Below, one piece after another: positions 38,760-48,542 of a stretch of DNA of 64,000 nucleotides. The position numbers and the translations under genes were made by a program. Within the stretch, counting starts at the first letter, position 1, and each line of letters opens with the position of its first letter. The DNA is from an uncultured Nitrospiraceae bacterium. GTDB lineage: Bacteria; Nitrospirota; Nitrospiria; Nitrospirales; Nitrospiraceae. The notes below the pieces were generated by a model that did not search any database, was not told the origin of the DNA, and worked only from the letters and a program-made list of their open reading frames with translations. The stretch is taken from positions 2,432,001 through 2,496,000 of the forward strand of contig CAWJWJ010000002.1 of NCBI GenBank assembly GCA_963846575.1, written 5' to 3'.

Positions 38760-39737
38760 CTACGCAGTTCCGACGGGGCCTTCACCTTTTTCGCCGTCCT
38801 TCTCTTTAACTTTCTGATCCATGAAGGACTCGGCTCCGACCTCGCTCAGCAGCATACTGAGCTCATTTCCCTTGTCCTGCGCCCCACACTCGTAGGTTTG
38901 ACCTTCCGGAGCATTGAAGGTAGCTGGTCTATAGTCCGCCTCAGAATACGGCTGCACAGTAACTCCGAGGAAGGCGACCTCAAAATCCATCCACTCCGAC
39001 ATACAGTCGGCGATTAGCTTGAACAATCCAGTATCGGACTTTTTCGATAACATCCGACAAAACAAAGGCACCCATCGTCCGATGTGATTTCTAATGAACT
39101 TCTTCTGCGCGTCAACCACAATGTCGGTCTTGTCCATTCCATCGTGGCAACGTGAATAGGATTCCTTGTAGGTCAGAAAGTGCATGAACTCGAGTTCGAC
39201 ACTGAGGTGATCCAGGCGTTCATGAACATCTTTGGAAAGCTCGACACCGAAAGCCTTATAAAATCCTGCGATGTCACCCATCACATGGGACTGGGCGAAG
39301 ACGTGATCGTTGCCGAAGAGGGTTTCATAGGGCGGACAATCGAGGGTAATAACGTTGGTGAATACCCGACGATGTTCGGTTTGGAGATCACCAATCTGCC
39401 AGTTGACACATTCCGCTGACACGAGCTTTTCAATCTGGTCAAATTGTTTTTTCATCAGCCCAATCTTTTGGACCGCTCGATCACCGCCCATACCGTCTAA
39501 CGCCAGACGCAACCCTTCAAGGGCAGCTCGTCCGTCTTCGACGAATTCACCGCACTGTAGGTAGTCCAAGAATTCTTCATCCTCCGGATACAACAGACTC
39601 CAGGAGAACAGAAGATAAATTTTGCTTCGATTGAGAGCGCGTTCAACGGCTGGCGAATCTTTGATGGCGACAGTCTTTGGGGGAGCGACTGCGGTAGAGG
39701 ACGGGGAGGTGGGCTGCACGACTTGTTTCGATGTCAT
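38760..39737 (-). CDS. TorD/DmsD/NarJ-family molybdoenzyme maturation chaperone
   Basis: CPPYET, IAGFYKAFG, ERLDHLSVELEFM, FIRNHIGRWVPLF. Confidence 0.9.
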   Translation of the reverse strand: MTSKQVVQPTSPSSTAVAPPKTVAIKDSPAVERALNRSKIYLLFSWSLLYPEDEEFLDYLQCGEFVEDGRAALEGLRLALDGMGGDRAVQKIGLMKKQFDQIEKLVSAECVNWQIGDLQTEHRRVFTNVITLDCPPYETLFGNDHVFAQSHVMGDIAGFYKAFGVELSKDVHERLDHLSVELEFMHFLTYKESYSRCHDGMDKTDIVVDAQKKFIRNHIGRWVPLFCRMLSKKSDTGLFKLIADCMSEWMDFEVAFLGVTVQPYSEADYRPATFNAPEGQTYECGAQDKGNELSMLLSEVGAESFMDQKVKEKDGEKGEGPVGTA

Positions 39738-39820
39738 ACGTTTATTGCTCCTCACCTCAACATGTTGCGCAACTTTTCCGCACACTACGCAACATCTGAG
39801 TCCTGCGGCACAGGAGGCGT

Positions 39821-39849
39821 ATGATAGGTAAAGGAGGAAGGGATGTCAA
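39821..39849 (-). promoter_or_regulatory. Near-consensus sigma70 promoter for the chaperone-nxrC pair
   Basis: Minus strand TTGACA, 17 bp, TATCAT. Confidence 0.65.
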
Positions 39850-39946
39850 GCACGAACTCACCTCCGTTTGCCCTCGCCGCAAGTGCCATCGTTTCAATAA
39901 TTTTCTTGACGATCTCATCCGTTCTTCACGCATCTGTGTACGGATA

Positions 39947-40552
39947 TCACCATCCCAGGGCCCCGGCAGCAAGATTTCGCGCCGGCGTGACCTTAATGGC
40001 AATACGATCGTTCACGGTCTTGCAAATCTGCTCGCACATACCACATCCGACACAACGCTCTTGAGCCACCACCAGATGCATGGCATTAAAATCCATGGAC
40101 AGCGCATCGACCGGACACTTGGACACGCAGGCATGACAACCTTGCCCAGCCGTACAGACGCGGTGCAAAACCATCGCCACCCCCATCCGAACGTCCGAAT
40201 GATCCGCGACCGGCAGGAGCGCCTCAGTCGCACAAGCTGAAATGCAAGGGAAATCCTCGCATAGCTCGCAGGCGACTTGATTCGCAAAAATCACCGGACT
40301 GCCGCTTGCCACATCGGCAACGATCGCCCCGGGAGGGCAAGCCTTGATACAATCACTGCATCGCGTGCAGCGCTCAAGAAACGTTACTTCATCAACCGCA
40401 CCCGGCGGCCGTAGCCAGTCCATCCGCACCGGAGCAGCAGGCTGTTCACGGGGTGCATCTTTGTGAGCGGCGAACTCCCTCGCCGCCTTAGCTACCGACA
40501 CAACGGAGTCTTTCAAAAAATCCCGGCGCCCGTATTTCGGATCACTGGTCAT
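39947..40552 (-). CDS. NapF/NapG/MauM-like poly-[4Fe-4S] ferredoxin
   Basis: GRRDFLK, LRPPGA, CTRCSDCIKACP, CELC...CISAC, CHACVSKCP, CVGCGMCEQIC. Confidence 0.9.
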   Translation of the reverse strand: MTSDPKYGRRDFLKDSVVSVAKAAREFAAHKDAPREQPAAPVRMDWLRPPGAVDEVTFLERCTRCSDCIKACPPGAIVADVASGSPVIFANQVACELCEDFPCISACATEALLPVADHSDVRMGVAMVLHRVCTAGQGCHACVSKCPVDALSMDFNAMHLVVAQERCVGCGMCEQICKTVNDRIAIKVTPARNLAAGALGW

Positions 40553-40564
40553 GACGGTTCCTGA

Positions 40565-41596
40565 CTACATCACACCGTCGGCGCGCAACTTGTAGACCTC
40601 TACACAACGATCGCAGGCGCCATATTCCACATCCCATCCCGGATGATTCTCACGGATGAAGTCCAGGATGTACCCCTCCAACTTGGTCTCCATATCCTCC
40701 ACCCATGAATAGGTTGGGAAGCGACAAAGCGGACAAGGGAATCCCGGCATAAGCATCACCTTGTTGGTGGTCTCCGGAACCTCCCCCCCTTCGACATCCA
40801 CCGCGCGATCTAAAATCCGCAGAGTATCGGTGGCCATTTCGACCAATTCGGAATGGGTGAAATAGCTGGTCTGCCACAAACCTTCAAACACGGACTTCAA
40901 CTGAGCGGGCGGAATTTTTCTATACCACGACCGAAACTCTTTGAACCGATCTTCCTTTGACAACATCGGTTCTTTGCTGGTCGCGATCAACCGGCTGTCG
41001 ACGCTGATATTCCAAAGAATCCGGTACCGGTGCAGAATCAGCGTTTCCTCTCCCGGGTTCTGGCCGACCCTTGTGTCAGGGTCATACCCGAAGCCAGGAT
41101 CGAGCATGTCATGAATATGCATCAGTTCGTGACGACAGTATCGCGTTAGGGCCGGATCGTAAAACCGCCGCGGGATCAGCTTGATACCGACTCCCTTCAA
41201 ACCCTTTTCTTCGAATTGCTTAGCCAGATCGTGTTCGACAGATCCCCATTTGCGTAGGATATCGACCCCTTCCTGATCTTCCTTGAGGACTCCTTTCACG
41301 AGCACAATGCCGACCCGCTGTTTCAGCTCAGGAAACTCCAAAAAAGCGTCGCGAATAATATCCGAAAACCCCCAAATCCCGAACAAATACTGGTAGAGCT
41401 TCTTGAACTCCGCTTCGCGATCATCGAGGGTGAACTTCTCATAGATCGGATCGGCCAATTCGTGGAACTCTTTGTAGTAGGTAGGATCCCCTTCTCGCTC
41501 GGTCTTCTCAATGAAGGAGTCGATCACCTCCTGCAGCAAAGCCGGCTGAAAACGGATTTCCATCGCCTGCCTGGATACTTCCACTCCGGTTGCCAT
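40565..41596 (-). CDS. Hypothetical protein with HExxH motif and C-terminal CxxC...CxxC
   Basis: RHELMHIHD; CPLC and CDRC; first gene of the minus-strand cluster. Confidence 0.8.
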   Translation of the reverse strand: MATGVEVSRQAMEIRFQPALLQEVIDSFIEKTEREGDPTYYKEFHELADPIYEKFTLDDREAEFKKLYQYLFGIWGFSDIIRDAFLEFPELKQRVGIVLVKGVLKEDQEGVDILRKWGSVEHDLAKQFEEKGLKGVGIKLIPRRFYDPALTRYCRHELMHIHDMLDPGFGYDPDTRVGQNPGEETLILHRYRILWNISVDSRLIATSKEPMLSKEDRFKEFRSWYRKIPPAQLKSVFEGLWQTSYFTHSELVEMATDTLRILDRAVDVEGGEVPETTNKVMLMPGFPCPLCRFPTYSWVEDMETKLEGYILDFIRENHPGWDVEYGACDRCVEVYKLRADGVM

Positions 41597-41793
41597 AAGA
41601 CCTCACATGTCTGGTTCAGTGAAGAGATGAAACCCGCGCGAGTACCGTGCTTGACTTGCTCCCGGTCCTTCTCTTACGATCATCGAAACGAGCGCAGATT
41701 ATACAAACCCCTCGACGATTTTTGCAAACCGCTGAGGATCAGGCAGGGGCCAGGGTGGCTCCCGCTCAGACTTTGGTACGAGGCACAGATTAT

Positions 41794-42909
41794 ATGAGCA
41801 ATCAGACGACCGCGCCTGCCACCGCACCTTCCGCTCCAGCTCTGAATAACCCCCAGGGAGCTGCACCCACGACCACGCCCCAGGCCATCGACCACTTAGC
41901 GTATTGGAAGGCGGGTTTGCGGGAACTAAAAACTTTCCGTGGGCATTCTCATGGTGTCTGGGCTGTAGCCTATGCCCCCGACGGGCAAACAATCGTCAGC
42001 GGAGGCGTGGATCGATACGTGCGAGTCTGGGACATTGAAACAGGGCGGCTTCTGCGCTCGCTACGAGGCCACACGGCCGACATCCGCGCCCTGGTGTTTA
42101 CGCCGGACGGCCGGACGCTCGCCTCCGGTAGCGAGGACCGGACGATCCGCCTCTGGAATCCCAAGACCGGAGAACCGACCAAGCTCCTATTCACGCGCTA
42201 TGATCACAATGTTTGCAGCTTATCGCTCTCGCCCGACGGCCTAATGCTGGCCCGTGGCAGTCACAATAAGGACATCAAGATCTGGGAGGTGACGACTGGA
42301 ACAGACCTCATGACCCTGTTGGGGAAAGACCAATTCGATCACCACTGGTCGGTCTGTGTCGCATTTTCGCCGGATGGCCTACACCTCGCCAGTGGGTCAG
42401 ACATTGGCAAAATCAGGATCTGGGAAGTACTGCCGAGTGGTGAAGAAAAGATTCTACATAATGGCCATTGGCAGGAAACGGAAGAAGACTCGACGGAAAC
42501 CCGCGGTTTTTTCATTGAGGACGACGGAGGCTTCCAGAAGCCGATGGAGTACTGGATCGGCGCGATGGTGTTCACCCCGGATGCGAAACTTCTCATCACA
42601 GGCAGCCGTGATAATACGATCCGTTTCTTTGAAATGCCGACGATGAACGAACTTCGAGTCCTGCGCGTACATAGCGGATGGGTCCGATGCCTTGTGGTTT
42701 CGCCTGATGGAAAGGTCCTCATCAGTTCAGGAGACGACGGCACCATCCGATTCTGGGACATTGCCACAGGCCGCAATTTCAGGACCGACAAAAGCCACAC
42801 GGGGGCGGTACGCGGCATCGCACTATCTCCCGATGGCTTGCGATTAGCCAGCGCCTCATGGGATCGCACCGTGAAATTGTGGGAAGGCGGCCCAGAACCG
42901 ACAGAATAA
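41794..42909 (+). CDS. WD40-repeat beta-propeller protein
   Basis: About seven GH...WD/WN/WE repeats, e.g. GHSHGVWAVAYAPDGQTIVSGGVDRYVRVWD. Confidence 0.92.
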   Translation: MSNQTTAPATAPSAPALNNPQGAAPTTTPQAIDHLAYWKAGLRELKTFRGHSHGVWAVAYAPDGQTIVSGGVDRYVRVWDIETGRLLRSLRGHTADIRALVFTPDGRTLASGSEDRTIRLWNPKTGEPTKLLFTRYDHNVCSLSLSPDGLMLARGSHNKDIKIWEVTTGTDLMTLLGKDQFDHHWSVCVAFSPDGLHLASGSDIGKIRIWEVLPSGEEKILHNGHWQETEEDSTETRGFFIEDDGGFQKPMEYWIGAMVFTPDAKLLITGSRDNTIRFFEMPTMNELRVLRVHSGWVRCLVVSPDGKVLISSGDDGTIRFWDIATGRNFRTDKSHTGAVRGIALSPDGLRLASASWDRTVKLWEGGPEPTE

Positions 42910-42910
42910 C

Positions 42911-44362
42911 TCAGTCGGCATCCTCCTCTGCCTCACCCTTGGCCGCGGAGATACCGTATTTCTTGCACTTGTCCCATAACGCTTTTCTGGACAACCCCAA
43001 CATTCCCGCCGCATTGGTTCGATTGCCGTCCACCCGCTTTAATACCTCGACAATATAGTCCCGCTCAAATCCTTCGCGCGCTGCCGCTAGAGTCATCGGC
43101 TCGGCCACTGCCTGCTTCCTGACTTCCGCAGTCAGTCCCTCAGCACAGAAACCGCAGGCACTCTGGGTAGTCCCACCAAGATAAGGGCAGGTCTGGAATC
43201 CGCACAGATTCCACGGTTGTATGGGTTCCCCCTCCTGCCCCGAGACGACGGCACGCTCAACTATCTGCTCCAGTTCACCCACATTCCCGGGAAACGAATA
43301 GTGCTGGAGCAGGTCGCAACTCGTTTCCGAAAACCCCTTCAGCGACTTGCCAAGCGTCGCAGAACGAGCCTCCAGTACATGTTCGGCAATGACCACGACA
43401 TCGTCACGTCGCTCACGCAGGGGCGGCACGACGACCTGGACTGGCTTGAAATAGTCATACAGCTCAATGCGAAACCCCCCGTGGGTGACCGCTTCTTGAA
43501 GATCGCGCTGGACTGCACAGATGAGTCGGACATCGACCTCGATTGCCTCTCGTCCCCCGACACGGCAAAACCGGTTCTCTCGCAGCAAGCGTACCAGTCC
43601 GTCCTGAAGCGCAGGAGACAGTGAGTCAATATCATTGAGAACCAAAGTTCCTTTGTGGGCCAGTTCGAACCGTCCTCGTCGTTGACGGACCGCCCCTGGC
43701 ATGGCCCCCTTCTCGTGGCCGAATAACTCCGATTTCATAAGGGCCTCTGGAATGTCGGCACAGCAAACCTTCACCAAAGGCTGGTCTCGCCGTGGGCTGC
43801 TCAGATGGATGGCATGAGCGACCAACTCTTTGCCGGTACCACGCTCTCCGATAATCGACACCGGCGTGTCGGTGGCCGCCAGCTGCTTTATTCTCTCCAG
43901 CAACGCCCGCATTTGGTGATTGCTGCCGTGCATTCCGCTGAAACTGAAGCGGTCCTCGAGGACCTCTTGTGATTCAAGGGTTTCACGGCGTAATCCTAGA
44001 ATTTTCCCGACACGCTCAACGATCAGGAGCAATTCGTCCATTTGAAACGGTTTAGTGATGTAATCATACGCGCCAAGCTTAATCGCGCCGACCGCCGTAT
44101 CGACCGATGCATGAGCCGTGATCAATATGACTTCGGTTGTGGGACTCCGCTCTTTGGATGCCTTCAAAATCGTCAGTCCATCGGCGCCGGGGAGGCGTAA
44201 GTCGGTAATAACGATATCGAAGTGACGTGTCTCGAGGATCGCCAGTCCCTCTGTTCCAGTTGCCGCGGCAATCACCTCGCACCCCATACCTTCCAAAGCA
44301 TCCATGATGGACAATCGCATGAGCGGTTCGTCATCGACAATAAAAACCCTGAGCCCCTTCAC
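42911..44362 (-). CDS. Atypical NtrC-family response regulator (degenerate sigma54-activator domain)
   Basis: Receiver and Fis HTH intact; Walker A GERGTGKE; GAFTGA changed to GAMPGA; Walker B changed to LVLNDID; Cys-rich insert. Confidence 0.88.
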   Translation of the reverse strand: MKGLRVFIVDDEPLMRLSIMDALEGMGCEVIAAATGTEGLAILETRHFDIVITDLRLPGADGLTILKASKERSPTTEVILITAHASVDTAVGAIKLGAYDYITKPFQMDELLLIVERVGKILGLRRETLESQEVLEDRFSFSGMHGSNHQMRALLERIKQLAATDTPVSIIGERGTGKELVAHAIHLSSPRRDQPLVKVCCADIPEALMKSELFGHEKGAMPGAVRQRRGRFELAHKGTLVLNDIDSLSPALQDGLVRLLRENRFCRVGGREAIEVDVRLICAVQRDLQEAVTHGGFRIELYDYFKPVQVVVPPLRERRDDVVVIAEHVLEARSATLGKSLKGFSETSCDLLQHYSFPGNVGELEQIVERAVVSGQEGEPIQPWNLCGFQTCPYLGGTTQSACGFCAEGLTAEVRKQAVAEPMTLAAAREGFERDYIVEVLKRVDGNRTNAAGMLGLSRKALWDKCKKYGISAAKGEAEEDAD

Positions 44363-47300
44363 GAAAACCTCCCGCCGGCGTACCGTGCGATCGCGAGGGG
44401 AATTGATACGGTAAACGTCGTCCCCCTCCCCACTTCGCTCTCAACAAAAATCTTACCCCCATGCCGTTCCACGATTCCCAGACTCACCGAAAGACCAAGC
44501 CCCGTGCCTTCGCCCTCATTCTTCGTGGTAAAAAATGGATCGAAAATACGTGGCAGCACCAATGGGGAGATCCCGCAGCCGGAATCCCGGATGTGAAGCA
44601 GACAATTGCTTCCGTCCACCATGGTGCGGATCGTCAGAACTCCGCCACTCCGCATCGCTTGAATGGCATTCAAAATAAGATTCATCAACACCTGTTCCAT
44701 CATGTGCCGATCAATCATAATATCCGGCATATCCTGTGCCAGTGAGGTTTCCAGCCGTACGTGATGGGGTACGAGTAAGTGTTCCGTTAGCAGCAATACC
44801 CGCTTGATGACCTGATGAATGTCCGCAAGCGCTAATTCTGGATTATGCTGCTGCGAAAAATCGAGCAGTTGCCGAACAATCTTCTGCACCCGGCGCAATC
44901 CGTCTTCCATTGACACCAAATACTCCTCTTGCCGGGACGGAGAAAGTGTTCCTTTGCGCATGTTGTAGAGACAGTTCAGGATGCCGCCGAGTGGGTTGTT
45001 GATCTCGTGCGCGACACCCGCGGCCAGTTTTCCCACCGAGGCCAGCTTCTCGGAACTTCTGATTTGCTGCTCCAGTTTCTTTGTGTCCGTCATATCACGT
45101 GCAATGCCAAGCACGCCCAATATCTCTCCTTCCACGCCATGCAACGGCGAGACGCTTACCATGACAGAACGTGGCTCGCCGGTCTTTGTGAGCACCTCCA
45201 CCTCATAAACCTGTTTGACGCCGATGTCCAAAGTCGATTTCAAACGCCTGCCTCGATGCCGCTTCGACAATAGAGCCAAGTAGGGACGGCCCAAGAGATC
45301 TTCCTTGGTGTACCCCCACGCCAGGACCTTGCTGTTGACATAGGTAAAACACTGCTCGCTATCGAGCGTGTAAATGACGTCGTTGGCATTCTCCAACAGG
45401 TTTTCGAGATACTGTTTGGTTTCTTCAATTTCTCTAGTTCTCTCGATGACTTTCGTTTCTAACTCCTGCTGATAGGTATGCATCTGCCGTTCAAGACGTT
45501 TGCGGTCCGTAATGTCGCGAAGTTGCACCATGACCCACGCATGGTCGCTACCGCGCACCAAAATCAGGTCCATTTCCACCGGCCTATCCTTGCCGGTAGC
45601 ATCACGCACAGTCATTTCCTGAGTTGGCACCTGGCGCTCACCTGCATGAATTTTTGCCAACATCGATCTCATGGACTCATGGTATGCCGGGTCAACCACA
45701 TCGAGAATACTGCTCCCCATCACCTGTTCTTCCGAGTATCCCAGCGCCTGCTCCTCACGCTTGTTGACCGCGACAATCAGACTATCCTCCCCGACCATGA
45801 ACACAGAGTCAGCCACGAGGTCGAACAGGGCCTTGTATCGTTCCTGAGACGCGACGAGCTGTTGTGTGCGCTCATTCACGGCCTGTTCGAGTTGAGTCGT
45901 ATAGCGTTGGATTTGCTGTTCCAGTAAACGCCGTTCCGTCACATCCCGGACGAAGGCACGAGAGTGGACTAGTCCGCCCCCGCTTTCAAAGAGAGCCGTG
46001 GCATGAATTTCCACGTCGATCGCATGACCATCAACTGCCAGAAACACCGTCTCTATGGTGCTGCGCCCCTCCGAGACCAGACGCTCCAGATAAGCCAGCA
46101 CTTCCAATTCTCGTCCTTTGGGAACAAGATCCCAGAGGCGCATGTGCAGCATCTCATCGAGGGAATACCCGAGCTTATCCAAACCGGTCTTATTGACATG
46201 CACAAACTGACCGGCCTTATTGAGCTGATAGATCATTTCCGGGGAATGCTCGATGAGATCCCGGTATCGCGCCTCCAACCGGCGGACATCCTCCATGCGA
46301 TGCTCAATTTGTTCGAATGAGACTCGCAAATTGACCGCCATTTTGTTGAACGCCTCGGCCAGTTGCTCGATTTCATCACCGGTTTTGAGATTCAGTTGCT
46401 GATCAAGCCGCCCACTTCCAATCCGCTGCACGCCTTCATGGAGCAAGCTGATAGGACGGGCAATCCGTCGCGCAACAGCCAGTCCGGTGAGCACCAAGAC
46501 CCCAAACACCCCCAACCCATATACAGTCACCTGAACGACAAGCCGCGACAGGGGCGCATAGGACTCCTGCGGGTCCTGCCGTACAAACGTCACCCATCGC
46601 TTGCCGCCCAGACTATCCGGCGTGAGATGATCGCCCAACCGGACCGGCGCAAATCCGACGATCGAGTCCCGCCCGCCGTGTGAATCATTCGTTACGGTAC
46701 TCCATCCGGCATGGCTCGCATCAATGGCGCTGACCAGTTCAGGTGTCACCGTGTGCTCTTCCGGCGACAGGACCGGACAGATCACCGGCACACCGTCTGA
46801 ATTGAACAACATGGCATGCCCCGTATTTCCCACAGTGACTTCCGATACGGAATGGAACAGCGTATCCCGACGTAACAGGATCGTGACTGCGCCGATGGCC
46901 ACATGCTGTTCATCGTCGAGAAGCGGCACGGACACGTTCAGGACATGCGTACCAAAGGACGGGTCGAAGAATAGATCACTGACATAGACCCCACCGGTTC
47001 CGCCCTTCATCACCGCCTGCCACCAGGGCGTCTTGCCGTAATAATATTCGACCTGCGGAATGGAGCTCACGACGAGGGCGCCGCGATTGTCGGTCACGAA
47101 AATGGCGACGTAATCATCCTTCCGGATGTCGTGCCATCGAATCAGGTAGTTGGTCACGATCCGATTGATGAATAATGGAAACTCGCTTTGCTTATCCCGT
47201 TGCCGCCACCGCTTCTGCCATGCCTTGATCATGGACTGGACGGCTCTCTCATCCTTATCCTGATAGGTTCGATTGGACTCCGTCACGGATGTGCGGAGGA

Positions 47301-47574
47301 ACGGCGTGGCAGCCAACTGCTCAGCCTCGTTGATTCCACGCGTCACCTGCATCTCGATGCGCCGGGCGGCTTCCACGGCCACTTCTTTGAAGTTGGCCCC
47401 GATCGTTTCGCGAAGCGCCCGGCGTTCTTCAATGTAGGTCATCAGGAGGGAGAGACAGAGCGGCAGAAGACCAACCATCACGATGGCCGTGATGATTTTA
47501 CGCTGGAGACTGTGAGACCCGCTCCAGAACAGCATGGGTATGACGTGCCCCGACAAACAGCCCTTTCCGAACAC
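44359..47574 (-). CDS. Membrane sensor histidine kinase (Cache-like, HAMP, 3 PAS, HisKA, HATPase)
   Basis: Two TM segments, GDEIEQLAEAFNKM (HAMP), three PAS repeats, AGVAHEINNPL, QVLMNLILNA, FDPFFTTK, GTGLGLS. Start may be 47535. Confidence 0.93.
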   Translation of the reverse strand: MFGKGCLSGHVIPMLFWSGSHSLQRKIITAIVMVGLLPLCLSLLMTYIEERRALRETIGANFKEVAVEAARRIEMQVTRGINEAEQLAATPFLRTSVTESNRTYQDKDERAVQSMIKAWQKRWRQRDKQSEFPLFINRIVTNYLIRWHDIRKDDYVAIFVTDNRGALVVSSIPQVEYYYGKTPWWQAVMKGGTGGVYVSDLFFDPSFGTHVLNVSVPLLDDEQHVAIGAVTILLRRDTLFHSVSEVTVGNTGHAMLFNSDGVPVICPVLSPEEHTVTPELVSAIDASHAGWSTVTNDSHGGRDSIVGFAPVRLGDHLTPDSLGGKRWVTFVRQDPQESYAPLSRLVVQVTVYGLGVFGVLVLTGLAVARRIARPISLLHEGVQRIGSGRLDQQLNLKTGDEIEQLAEAFNKMAVNLRVSFEQIEHRMEDVRRLEARYRDLIEHSPEMIYQLNKAGQFVHVNKTGLDKLGYSLDEMLHMRLWDLVPKGRELEVLAYLERLVSEGRSTIETVFLAVDGHAIDVEIHATALFESGGGLVHSRAFVRDVTERRLLEQQIQRYTTQLEQAVNERTQQLVASQERYKALFDLVADSVFMVGEDSLIVAVNKREEQALGYSEEQVMGSSILDVVDPAYHESMRSMLAKIHAGERQVPTQEMTVRDATGKDRPVEMDLILVRGSDHAWVMVQLRDITDRKRLERQMHTYQQELETKVIERTREIEETKQYLENLLENANDVIYTLDSEQCFTYVNSKVLAWGYTKEDLLGRPYLALLSKRHRGRRLKSTLDIGVKQVYEVEVLTKTGEPRSVMVSVSPLHGVEGEILGVLGIARDMTDTKKLEQQIRSSEKLASVGKLAAGVAHEINNPLGGILNCLYNMRKGTLSPSRQEEYLVSMEDGLRRVQKIVRQLLDFSQQHNPELALADIHQVIKRVLLLTEHLLVPHHVRLETSLAQDMPDIMIDRHMMEQVLMNLILNAIQAMRSGGVLTIRTMVDGSNCLLHIRDSGCGISPLVLPRIFDPFFTTKNEGEGTGLGLSVSLGIVERHGGKIFVESEVGRGTTFTVSIPLAIARYAGGRFS

Positions 47575-47612
47575 CGTGCGGGGCCTAGACGCCGGCTTGG
47601 ATCAACCGACGC

Positions 47613-48530
47613 CTAGCGACGCTTCATGAGGTTCCCGGCGCTGCCGGGCCATAGCAGCAACAACGGGCTGGCTACGAACACTGAGGAATACGTCCCGAAC
47701 ATGACGCCTCCCAGCAATGCCAGGGAAAAATCGTGCAAGACTTCGGCACCCGCCAGCACCAGCGGAATGAGCACGATGACCACGGTCAAACTGGTCACGA
47801 TGGTGCGACTCAGCACCTGATTGATCGCAGCATTGATGATCGTTTCCTCGTTCTCCCGCCGACGGGCTCGCAGATTCTCACGGATACGGTCAAACACAAC
47901 AACAGTATCTGTCAGCGAATAGCCTGCCAAGGTCAAGAGGGCCGTGACAACCAGCAAAGTAATTTCTTTGTCAAACAGGTAAAAGACTCCCAGCACCGCG
48001 AGCACATCGTGAAAGGTCGCCAGTGCCGCCGCCACGCCGAACCGCAGCTCAAAACGAACCGCGATGTAGAGGACGATGCCGACAAACGAGATGAGCACGG
48101 CAATCAGAGCGTCTTCCTGAAGTTTCTTGCCGATCGTTGGGCCGATTTCCATGCTGGAATCGACTACAAACTTATTAGCGGGGAATTCTTTGCTAAACAC
48201 CGCCACCACCCGCTCCGCGATTTTCTCTTCGATGGTCGTCGACGTTTTCACCCGGATGAGGAGCTTGTTATCCTGGGTAAATTCCTGCAGTTCGGCCGAG
48301 CCGAGACCATTCTTTTCCAACGCATGCCTGGCCTCGTCGATCCTGATCGCCTGGTCAAATTTCAACTGCACCGCCGTCCCACCGGCAAAATCGATTCCCA
48401 AATTCGCCGCGCCGCGCCCGATTTGGATCACCGCAAGGATGCCCAGCAATGCGAGGATGCCGGAAAGCGCAAACGAGATGCTCCGCTTTCCCATAAAATC
48501 GATATTCGTCTTCCCCAAAATCTCGAACAT
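47613..48530 (-). CDS. secF: Protein translocase subunit SecF
   Basis: LGIDFAGGT, IGPTIG, FHDV, GYSLTDTVVVFDRIREN, GTYSSVFVASP. Confidence 0.96.
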   Translation of the reverse strand: MFEILGKTNIDFMGKRSISFALSGILALLGILAVIQIGRGAANLGIDFAGGTAVQLKFDQAIRIDEARHALEKNGLGSAELQEFTQDNKLLIRVKTSTTIEEKIAERVVAVFSKEFPANKFVVDSSMEIGPTIGKKLQEDALIAVLISFVGIVLYIAVRFELRFGVAAALATFHDVLAVLGVFYLFDKEITLLVVTALLTLAGYSLTDTVVVFDRIRENLRARRRENEETIINAAINQVLSRTIVTSLTVVIVLIPLVLAGAEVLHDFSLALLGGVMFGTYSSVFVASPLLLLWPGSAGNLMKRR

Positions 48531-48542
48531 GCCGGCTCCTTC

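Noticed and set aside
39843..40064. Plus-strand ORF with an apparent AAGGAGG RBS
   Set aside because: The purine run is the complement of the spacer of the minus-strand promoter, and the ORF is antisense to the ferredoxin.
39947..40552. GRRDFLK as a Tat export signal on the ferredoxin
   Set aside because: No proper hydrophobic h-region follows, and NapF-type cytoplasmic ferredoxins carry similar RR remnants.
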